Of a stretch of DNA of 62,150 nt, positions 1 to 6,768 are shown one piece after another. A program made the position numbers and the translations under genes. How positions within the stretch are numbered: position 1 is the first letter of the stretch; every line of letters begins with the position of its first letter. Below the pieces are notes generated by a model. The model was given only the letters and a program-made list of their open reading frames with translations. It was not told the origin of the DNA and did not search any database. Source of the DNA: an uncultured Clostridia bacterium (GTDB lineage Bacteria > Acidobacteriota > Blastocatellia > UBA7656); assembly GCA_964581275.1 (NCBI GenBank), contig CAZOOE010000001.1:1-62150 (forward strand), given 5' to 3'.

Positions 1-2
1 AC

Positions 3-140
3 CTCAATCAAATTGCCAGACAATTGAACGCTCAACGGGGAGCACTCAGCTCCAGGGAAATCGAAAAGTCGCTCGATCAGGTCAAAGCCGCGCTCGAAAG
101 GATTGAAATATTGTGGCAGTGGCAGCGCAGTAAGCCGTGA
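3..140 (+). CDS. mobC: MobC-family relaxosome accessory protein, 3' end only (gene starts left of the window)
   Basis: Frame 3 reads LNQIARQLNAQRGALSSREIEKSLDQVKAALERIEILWQWQRSKP*. The NLNQIARQLN motif and tail are paralogous to the complete MobC-like ORF at 13883-14233. As there, it lies directly upstream of a relaxase. Confidence 0.75.
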   Translation, partial: LNQIARQLNAQRGALSSREIEKSLDQVKAALERIEILWQWQRSKP

Positions 141-172
141 GCAGACTGGCCAAGCCCTCTTGAGGAATTGAA

Positions 173-2524
173 GTGACAACGTCAAGTCCAATCGCAAAGG
201 TGAGTGTAGGTAGAAGCGGCTGCGGCGCCGGGCACGCGTCCTACATAACACGAATGTCCGCACTCGATCCCGAGGCTAGAAATCGGGCAAGAACTAACGC
301 GGAAGAGCGCTACGAACAACTATCATTGCTGACTCAGGACCAGACTGAAAAGACAGAGCCGAGCGTCACTGAAACACTAAAAGATAATCTGGATCATCGA
401 TCTTTGGACGCTGAGAGGGAGCATCGGGGCGGCGGTCAACGCGATGCCGATCCCGTCTGGACCTGGAACGCCCCAGCCTTTTTGACCGGCGACACATATG
501 GAAGAAGCGTTGAGTTAAGCCAATCGGACGCTCCAGAGAAGCTCGCCCTTAAGGAGAAAACCGAGAATCTCAGGCTCTATTTCGGGTCACTTGAGGACTA
601 CGAAAGAAGGAAAGGAGGGCGAACCCACTACCGGATAATCCTCTCGTTTGATGTACCGGCGACCAACCATCATATCAGAGATCTGACAAATAACTTCCTT
701 GAGCAGGCATTTCCGAAGGCGATCGCGTTCGGCGCTATCCACCGGGATACTGACCACCCACACGTACACCTATACCTGAATTCCCGGCAGACCGATGGCC
801 GGCGAATCCAGCTAAAGAACAACGAGTTCAAAACCATCGACGAGAAGTGGTCCAGGATCTACACCGATTTCGCCGGCGACAAGAGCGCGCACGTCGAGTA
901 TTTGAGAAAGAAAGAGGAGACCAAACAGTGGAAGATCGCGGCGGCTGAAGCGTACCGAAGAGGCGAACCAATTCCACCCAAGCCCGAGAGAGACAACGAC
1001 CGGAGGGAGACCTTGGCTGAGCAGAGACTAGCGGCTCAGAGGTCCGATGCCAGGGATAAGGGCAAACGGTTCGAGTCGCCCAAGCAGGCTGAGCCTGTAA
1101 TTCGGCGGGCATCAGAGAAGCAAACCAGTCGCCTACTAGCCAGGACGGAAGTTGCCCGAGAACAGCTCGCCCACCTGATTCGAACTGACGCACCGGAGGC
1201 TGAAATCAAATCCTCGGCGAGGATCGCCCATGATCTCTCTGCAGCCTTGGACAAAACTCTCGCGACAAGAGCGGAGATGGGGCGCGAAAATCCGCCACAG
1301 GTCGTCTACACAACGGAAGAGTGGAAGCAACTAAAGGAATACCGAGCATCAAAAGTTCTACCAGTTAAGGACGATCGAGCCGCTGCGCGACTTCAAGCGA
1401 CTTGCGTGCTGGCGGGCGCCGAGATGAAGGACGCACACGAAAAAGCTGAGGCTTTCCATGCGTCACGCCACTTTTGGAAGTTCGAGGTCGAGGGGTGGGA
1501 TAAAAAGCTGTCGCTCAAGGAAGTCGAACAAGCATTAAAGTCCAAGCGAGAGGAGCAACTCAAGCTCTACAACTTCCTAAGACCAAGCAAGCGAGAACAA
1601 CTCCAGGGAGAAATCGAGTATCTGCAGGACGTGAAGAAGGACCTGCAGAAGGCACTGGCGGCGAAGGAAATCAGCCTCGACCGAAACGTTGGAGCAGCGG
1701 AGACACGATATCAAGTTGCTCGTAGTCAATCCGACGAGATTGCTAATAGCCGAGCCAACGAAGGCAAAGCAATGCCGGCGGCCATTCACCATAAGGATGA
1801 GCTATCCAGGATAAACGACATCGCCGTGGACAACACGGACGCCCATCTTTTGCGCTATGTCTATGAACAGGTAAAGGACAGGGTGCTCGCCAATCCGAGC
1901 CCGGAAGCGCTCTCAAGAATCAAGGGCTCCGCAGTCATGGCTGAGATGGAGATGATCAGACAAGGGGAACGATTGGCAAATGCAATTCAGTTTGGCGAGT
2001 TTCGCCAGCTTCCGCTCAAAGATTCTCACGGGCGCAACTACACCAAAAGTGTTCGAGAAGTCACTCCCAGAAGCGCGCTGGAGACGATCATCAGGCACTT
2101 CACCGATAGTGCTGAGCAAAGGAGAGAACAAAAAGAACTTACCGATACTCTCAGACAACAGTTAGCAAGGGCTGAAGAACAATGCATGTCGGCAAGGGAC
2201 TACTACTCGGTTGTGAATAAGATCCTCGGCGACCATTGCCGAGCGGCTGGAGTCTTGCCCAAACAAATCAAGCCTGATTTGGATTCTCAGCAAATTGCTG
2301 AGTTGCGAGATTATGCGGAGAAGCAGCCCCCGCTCAGTTACGCGAGCCGTGACTTTACCGATGCCGCACGTCAAGCTGAACAGTTAATCCGTGACCGAGA
2401 GGCGGGAGAGGCCGCGCGACAAGCGGAACAAGCTCGCGCCGATTTGTCCGCACGTTCTAGAGAGCAATCACCTTCGCGAGATGCGAATCGATCCGATCGA
2501 GATACTTACTCGCGGGGCAGGTAA
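173..2524 (+). CDS. Relaxase / mobilization nuclease (HUH, MOBQ-like MobA/MobL type), copy 1
   Basis: 783-aa ORF with a GTG start after a GAGGA Shine-Dalgarno. N-terminal GAGHASYITR is a candidate catalytic-Tyr motif. The three-His motif is HRDTDHPHVHLY. A long coiled-coil-like C-terminal region follows. Paralogous to 14253-16619. Confidence 0.85.
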   Translation: MTTSSPIAKVSVGRSGCGAGHASYITRMSALDPEARNRARTNAEERYEQLSLLTQDQTEKTEPSVTETLKDNLDHRSLDAEREHRGGGQRDADPVWTWNAPAFLTGDTYGRSVELSQSDAPEKLALKEKTENLRLYFGSLEDYERRKGGRTHYRIILSFDVPATNHHIRDLTNNFLEQAFPKAIAFGAIHRDTDHPHVHLYLNSRQTDGRRIQLKNNEFKTIDEKWSRIYTDFAGDKSAHVEYLRKKEETKQWKIAAAEAYRRGEPIPPKPERDNDRRETLAEQRLAAQRSDARDKGKRFESPKQAEPVIRRASEKQTSRLLARTEVAREQLAHLIRTDAPEAEIKSSARIAHDLSAALDKTLATRAEMGRENPPQVVYTTEEWKQLKEYRASKVLPVKDDRAAARLQATCVLAGAEMKDAHEKAEAFHASRHFWKFEVEGWDKKLSLKEVEQALKSKREEQLKLYNFLRPSKREQLQGEIEYLQDVKKDLQKALAAKEISLDRNVGAAETRYQVARSQSDEIANSRANEGKAMPAAIHHKDELSRINDIAVDNTDAHLLRYVYEQVKDRVLANPSPEALSRIKGSAVMAEMEMIRQGERLANAIQFGEFRQLPLKDSHGRNYTKSVREVTPRSALETIIRHFTDSAEQRREQKELTDTLRQQLARAEEQCMSARDYYSVVNKILGDHCRAAGVLPKQIKPDLDSQQIAELRDYAEKQPPLSYASRDFTDAARQAEQLIRDREAGEAARQAEQARADLSARSREQSPSRDANRSDRDTYSRGR
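2253..2423. repeat. 171-bp perfect direct repeat, copy 1 (inside the relaxase 3' end)
   Basis: Base-for-base identical to 3538-3708 (offset 1285). Identity breaks at 2252/3537 and 2424/3709. Confirmed by the identical antisense ORF prefixes at 2374 and 3659. Confidence 0.95.
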
Positions 2525-2581
2525 GTCCTACAAAAAGATGCTCCCGTTGGCTTGGCTTGCGCTGATTCGATTACCTCGATT

Positions 2582-2632
2582 TGGCGCGATTAGGGCGATT
2601 CGCGCCATAAGACGCAGGTTCTTTTGGCGCGA
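2582..2632. promoter_or_regulatory. Operator-like array A: one 26-bp palindrome TGGCGCGA-N10-TCGCGCCA (2582-2607) plus a half-site TGGCGCGA (2625-2632)
   Basis: Read directly from the sequence. The same palindrome occurs twice more, with the same half-site context (GGTTC(C)TTTTGGCGCGATTA), at 6540-6632. Confidence 0.5.
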
Positions 2633-2726
2633 TTAGACAGCTCCGCTTAGACAATCAGCTCGGTTAGACCCGCGCGTCGAGTGCCGTCGGGATCAGAAAG
2701 CCGCCAGCTTTATTGCCAACTATTCC

Positions 2727-2755
2727 TTGACTGGAATATTCCATAGAAGTAATAT
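2727..2755 (+). promoter_or_regulatory. Sigma-70-like promoter of the TA cassette with an embedded 10-bp palindrome
   Basis: TTGACT (2727-2732), a 17-nt spacer, then TAATAT (2750-2755). The spacer begins with the perfect palindrome GGAATATTCC (2733-2742). It lies about 10 nt upstream of the toxin reading frame. Confidence 0.5.
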
Positions 2756-2764
2756 TAGTCCAAG

Positions 2765-3126
2765 GCGTGGGAGGTCGAGTACACTGATGAATTCGAAGAG
2801 TGGTGGAGCAGCCTCGCAGAAGAAGAACAAGAGGACATCGCCGCGTCAGTCGGACTGCTGGAAGAAATGGACCGAGGCTTCCTTACCCGCATAGTTCGGG
2901 CATTCAGAGCTCCAAGCACGGAGCCATGCGTGAGCTTCGCGTTCAACATAAGGGCCGTCCGTATCGCGTTCTTTATGCGTTCGATCCTCGCCGAACGGCA
3001 ATGTTACTGATCGGCGGCGACAAGACCGGAGACGACGGATGGTATGACCGATACGTCCCCATTGCGGATAGGATCTACGACCAGCACTTGGTAGCGATAA
3101 AGAAGGAGGGATCAAAAGATGGCTAA
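2765..3126 (+). pseudogene. HigB/RelE-family (Gp49-like) toxin, frameshifted and lacking a canonical start
   Basis: One frame (2768-2869) reads WEVEYTDEFEEWWSSLAEEEQEDIAASVGLLEEM. The family continues as GPRLPYPHSSGIQSSKHGAMRELRVQHKGRPYRVLYAFDPRRTAMLLIGGDKTG in the -1 frame from 2869. This is consistent with loss of one G in ATG(G)GACCG. In frame upstream of W the codons are TAG-TCC-AAG-GCG, so there is no ATG, GTG or TTG. Confidence 0.7.
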
Positions 3127-3460
3127 GTCATTCAAGGCTCTTAGAGAGCGCCTGTCTCCAGAAGCACAGGCGCGAGCCCGCGAGAAGACCGCGTCAATGA
3201 TGAAGGATATGGCGCTTCACGAGCTTCGCAACGCTCGTGAGCTAACACAAGGCGCTTTGGCGGAGCAGCTAAACCTCGAACAACCGGCGGTCTCCAAACT
3301 AGAGCGGCGTGCTGATATGTACGTTAGTACTCTACGCCGGTATATCGAGGCAATGGGTGGGCAGCTAGAAATCATCGCTCACTTCCCGGAGGGCAATGTT
3401 CGTATAAATCAGTTTGAGGAGCTTGAACAAGGTCAGGTGCAGGAGAGCGTGGCTCGCTAG
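3119..3460 (+). CDS. XRE-family HTH antitoxin (HigA-like)
   Basis: 113 aa. The HTH is LTQGALAEQLNLEQPAVSKLERRADMYVSTLRRYIEAMGG. The start overlaps the toxin stop region (ATG 3119, toxin stop 3126). The toxin-first gene order is typical of HigBA. Confidence 0.85.
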   Translation: MAKSFKALRERLSPEAQARAREKTASMMKDMALHELRNARELTQGALAEQLNLEQPAVSKLERRADMYVSTLRRYIEAMGGQLEIIAHFPEGNVRINQFEELEQGQVQESVAR

Positions 3461-3537
3461 CGTACTGCAACCTCAGCTAAGGGACGGTGACGGTGCTACT
3501 TGAAGGGGAGCCGAACGATGAAGACCTCAAAGCGACA

Positions 3538-3708
3538 TCTTGCCCAAACAAATCAAGCCTGATTTGGATTCTCAGCAAATTGCTGAGTTGCGAGATTATG
3601 CGGAGAAGCAGCCCCCGCTCAGTTACGCGAGCCGTGACTTTACCGATGCCGCACGTCAAGCTGAACAGTTAATCCGTGACCGAGAGGCGGGAGAGGCCGC
3701 GCGACAAG
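3538..3708. repeat. 171-bp perfect direct repeat, copy 2
   Basis: Identical to 2253-2423. Confidence 0.95.
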
Positions 3709-3812
3709 AGGAACAACAGCGAATTATTGACCAGGCCTCTCGGACCAGAGAAGCATCCGAATCGAGGTCCGTGCGTCACATTGATCGCGATAGCTATACG
3801 CGTGGTAGGTGA
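3540..3812 (+). pseudogene. Relaxase C-terminal remnant (last ~90 codons only)
   Basis: The translation PKQIKPDLDSQQIAELRDYAEKQPPLSYASRDFTDAARQAEQLIRDREAGEAARQ is identical to relaxase copy 1. It then diverges but ends in the same tail, DRDSYTRGR*. No relaxase N-terminal sequence lies upstream. Confidence 0.85.
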
Positions 3813-3942
3813 GCGCTGGAAAGGAAAATTAAAGAGCGAAACGAGCAAATCTAGCTACCGACCCCGAGCGTGGAGCTGAGTTCCAAATGAGTGAGCGACG
3901 ATTACTATCGAACGAGACTACGGTGCGGACCCTCGTTACCTG

Positions 3943-5010
3943 TCAAAATTTAAAGCGCAGCCTACCAATTACTCGAACTGGTTTGCCACTGAGTTTGGTA
4001 GGATCAAATCTCCACTGACGAACCGCTGCGATGGCGGCGTCAATCAGAACGCGATTACCTGTCACGCCCTCAACCGAAGCAACATTGCCTTGTTCGTCCA
4101 CGCTCACTTCGATCAGCACTTCTCCCTTCATCCCTTTGGCTTCCGGAGGCAGAACGGGATCGATCTTCTTGATCGCCCTGTCAGCAAGTGCGCCCGTATT
4201 CACCCGGATGACCAACGGGCGATCACCGCTCGGCGGGGTGTTCTTTCTCATTGCTTCCGAGGCCTTGTCGTCGAAGTAGGTGATCGTTCGCGATTGCGTC
4301 TCGTACGACTTTAACGTTGGATTATCTCGCTTGCTGAGCCACATCGTTCGCCTGATCCAGTTGCCTCTGAGATCAATCTCGTAGTCGGTGTACTTGTTCC
4401 TGTCACTAACGCTCCCTTTAAGGTAGTAAGTGCTCTCTAGTTCCTCTCCTCTTTCGCCGTAGACCGAAACGCTTGTGAAATTCAGTTTGCCCTCGCGATC
4501 GTATGTTTCCTGCTTGACCCTTTTCGCACTTTCGTAGGTGGAGACAGAACGGGTGCCTTGAGTTCCGTCGTTGTAATAAGTAATGCGCTCAATCGTGTTG
4601 TGATCATATTTGTACTTGAATTTGAGGCTGTACCGCGGATCACGCGCTTTTGCCTCTTCACCTGGAGGAGCCATCGCCGGCGGTGGGTCATAGTCGTGAT
4701 GGAAGTACTGGCTTTTGACAGCCTTGTCTCCATCAATAACTAAGTACACATCCTTCTGACTGATATTGCCTCTGTAGTCAAAGGATTCCCGTTCCGACAG
4801 ATTGCCTTCCTCGTCGTAGCCCTCGTTGTAGGAGAGCTGCTGAGGTCCGCTTAGCGATTTTCCATCTTCGGCCAACTTTGCGTGCTGAGCAATTACCGAT
4901 CGCACCTTGCCCTTAAGCCCAGCCAACTCGCGATCAGTTTTCGGTGTTTGTGCGATCGCACTATTAATTAGCAGAAGAACAACAGTCAAAAGGGCTACAG
5001 ACCTAGTCAT
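3943..5010 (-). CDS. Secreted protein with a C-terminal TonB_C-like domain
   Basis: Signal-peptide-like N-terminus MTRSVALLTVVLLLINSAIAQ. The C-terminal ~80 aa (PVLPPEAKGMKGEVLIEVSVDEQGNVASVEGVTGNRVLIDAAIAAVRQWRFDPTKLSGKPVRV) resembles the TonB C-terminal domain. The middle is Tyr/Asp-rich and repetitive. Confidence 0.65.
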   Translation of the reverse strand: MTRSVALLTVVLLLINSAIAQTPKTDRELAGLKGKVRSVIAQHAKLAEDGKSLSGPQQLSYNEGYDEEGNLSERESFDYRGNISQKDVYLVIDGDKAVKSQYFHHDYDPPPAMAPPGEEAKARDPRYSLKFKYKYDHNTIERITYYNDGTQGTRSVSTYESAKRVKQETYDREGKLNFTSVSVYGERGEELESTYYLKGSVSDRNKYTDYEIDLRGNWIRRTMWLSKRDNPTLKSYETQSRTITYFDDKASEAMRKNTPPSGDRPLVIRVNTGALADRAIKKIDPVLPPEAKGMKGEVLIEVSVDEQGNVASVEGVTGNRVLIDAAIAAVRQWRFDPTKLSGKPVRVIGRLRFKF

Positions 5011-5155
5011 ACTTGATACCTCGCCTGATCCTCGCGAATAAGTGATTACCGACGAGCGATGTTACAGAATATCGTTCAGGTTCAGCAATCACAACGATAG
5101 ATAGCCGTGGTGGGAGGCCTCGACTTGGTGGCACTCGCCACAACGGCGATTGGTA

Positions 5156-6523
5156 TCAAGGTGCGCCGCGAACAGCCGCCAGCCAGGCTTGGTACTCTGA
5201 TGGCCGCAACCGGAAGCGAGCATAATTGCCTTCGTGCAAGTTCTCTAGTTCTCTAACTGCCATGCGAACGAAATCATCCAAGTGGTCCGGCGGAACGTGG
5301 TCCGCTGCGGCTGCGGTGACTTCTTCTACTGTTGGTCGCGCAAGACTCCGCACTATGTGGCCCACCACTTCAGTGAGTTCATTACGGAATCTCAACCTAA
5401 ATTTGTCGGGTTGCCCCAGGGATTGACTGATGGCGACGTAGCGCTGGCACGAGCGCTCATACGCCCACACGAATACATCGATCAACAACTCAACGCGATT
5501 CAGTTCGTAGACGCCTAGTAGGCCGTCGACGTACGCGCGTTCCGAGACATCCACGAATGAAAGAGGGCACAGATTGTTGCGGACGAGTGGGATGTTTGCC
5601 GCCAGTCGCGAGACGCGTTTGTTTACATCCTCGAACGGCTGCAGGTACGGCAGATGCACCATCGCAAAGAACGACTGCTCGAACGGCTCACCGATGGTAG
5701 CGGCTGTATCCACGACCTGCTGAAAACACTCCTCGATTAGCTGCGGCACTTCAAGAGGGTGATAGACCGAGTCGTTAATACCAACGCCGATGCGTCGCAA
5801 TCGACCGCTCGCGCCAGGGTCTGCCAGCAGGTTGTCCGAGAGCAGCGCATGGAGGTTGAGAATCGTTTGGCGATTGAAGGCCAGTTCGTCGCCGGATTCT
5901 ACCAGGAACTCTATGGCCGCCTTGTGATTCAGGATCATCTGGGTTTCGGCTGCATCTTTGCCCTCGGCTGCCTGGCCCAGTTCGATGAGGCGCTTCGTGT
6001 CGAGCAGTGAATACGTATTGCCTTCGAGTTGTGACGACGCCCAGGATAGGTCGACAAGCAATCGGTCCAGAATGTGTCGCGCGTAGGTACCCGCCGGCCT
6101 TTCGGCGTCGGGCGTGCGGCCAATGCGATTGAGATGTGCAATCGTTTCGGACGTCAGATAGCTACTTTCGTTGGGTCTGTACTTGTCCAGGAATTCGCGA
6201 TTGTAGCCAACCGGAGTGCGTTCGCTCAGAGGTCTCCGCACTGATCGCCGGACCGCGAGTCCTGAGGGCGAGAAAGCAAAGGACTCCTCCTCTTTTTTAA
6301 CCTCAGCTGCCGGCGGTAGAAGAATGTAGCGCGTTGATCGGCCCTTTCCCTCGGAGATCACAAGGCCCGCCGCGACAAGCTCCGATAGCCGACGTTGGAG
6401 CGACCGTCGGCTGACTTCTCTGCCGAGCACACGGTTGAGGGCATCGATCCCAATCCCCGTGCCGGCATCCTTTATATGACCCAGCAATTTATCGTCAATC
6501 TTATCTGGCAGCTTTTTAGGCAT
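5156..6523 (-). CDS. Fic-family protein with an N-terminal winged-HTH and a degenerate active-site motif
   Basis: The Fic core reads VHLPYLQPFEDVNKRVSRLAAN, against canonical HPFx(D/E)GN(G/K)RxxR. An inhibitory-helix-like SSQLEGNT lies upstream. The N-terminal wHTH-like segment is GIDALNRVLGREVSRRSLQRRLSELVAAGLVISEGKGRSTRY. I prefer the ATG at 6523, because the upstream part of the ORF (to 6721) translates a DNA repeat array. Confidence 0.8.
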   Translation of the reverse strand: MPKKLPDKIDDKLLGHIKDAGTGIGIDALNRVLGREVSRRSLQRRLSELVAAGLVISEGKGRSTRYILLPPAAEVKKEEESFAFSPSGLAVRRSVRRPLSERTPVGYNREFLDKYRPNESSYLTSETIAHLNRIGRTPDAERPAGTYARHILDRLLVDLSWASSQLEGNTYSLLDTKRLIELGQAAEGKDAAETQMILNHKAAIEFLVESGDELAFNRQTILNLHALLSDNLLADPGASGRLRRIGVGINDSVYHPLEVPQLIEECFQQVVDTAATIGEPFEQSFFAMVHLPYLQPFEDVNKRVSRLAANIPLVRNNLCPLSFVDVSERAYVDGLLGVYELNRVELLIDVFVWAYERSCQRYVAISQSLGQPDKFRLRFRNELTEVVGHIVRSLARPTVEEVTAAAADHVPPDHLDDFVRMAVRELENLHEGNYARFRLRPSEYQAWLAAVRGAP

Positions 6524-6539
6524 ACTGGAGGAGTCGAAT

Positions 6540-6632
6540 TGGCGCGATTTGCTCTTTTCGCGCCATTGAAGTCTATCATATCTGGCGCGATTATCCCTAT
6601 TCGCGCCAAAAAGGGGGTTCCTTTTGGCGCGA
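6540..6632. promoter_or_regulatory. Operator-like array B: two 26-bp palindromes TGGCGCGA-N10-TCGCGCCA (6540-6565, 6583-6608) plus a half-site (6625-6632)
   Basis: Read directly from the sequence. It begins 17 bp upstream of the fic ATG. The stretch 6583-6635 is about 75% identical to 2582-2635. Confidence 0.5.
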
Positions 6633-6768
6633 TTATAGTAGTGTTTGTACCGCGATCCCTGTAGGTTTCCAGGATGGTGATTCGTATTGTGGGAGAGAGA
6701 ACTCAAAACGCGGCGCCACACAACGAAGAGCGAAGGTGGTGCTATCAGCCCTTCAACCTTCGCGAAAC

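Noticed and set aside
2391-2636. 81-aa ORF overlapping the relaxase end and operator array A (…FGAIRAIRAIRRRFFWRD).
   Set aside because: The repetitive peptide is just the DNA repeat read in frame, and it overlaps the relaxase 3' end.
2582-6632. Whether the repeated TGGCGCGA motifs could be a CRISPR-like array.
   Set aside because: There are only 2-3 units per locus. The units are palindromic with ~43-bp periodicity, lack spacer-like unique segments of regular length, and no cas genes are nearby. An operator or iteron reading fits better.
6524-6721. N-terminal 66-codon extension of the Fic ORF.
   Set aside because: It is a translation of the TGGCGCGA-N10-TCGCGCCA repeat array (giving repetitive RAKRNP.../ANRDNRARY peptides). 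The ATG at 6523 begins the recognisable wHTH.
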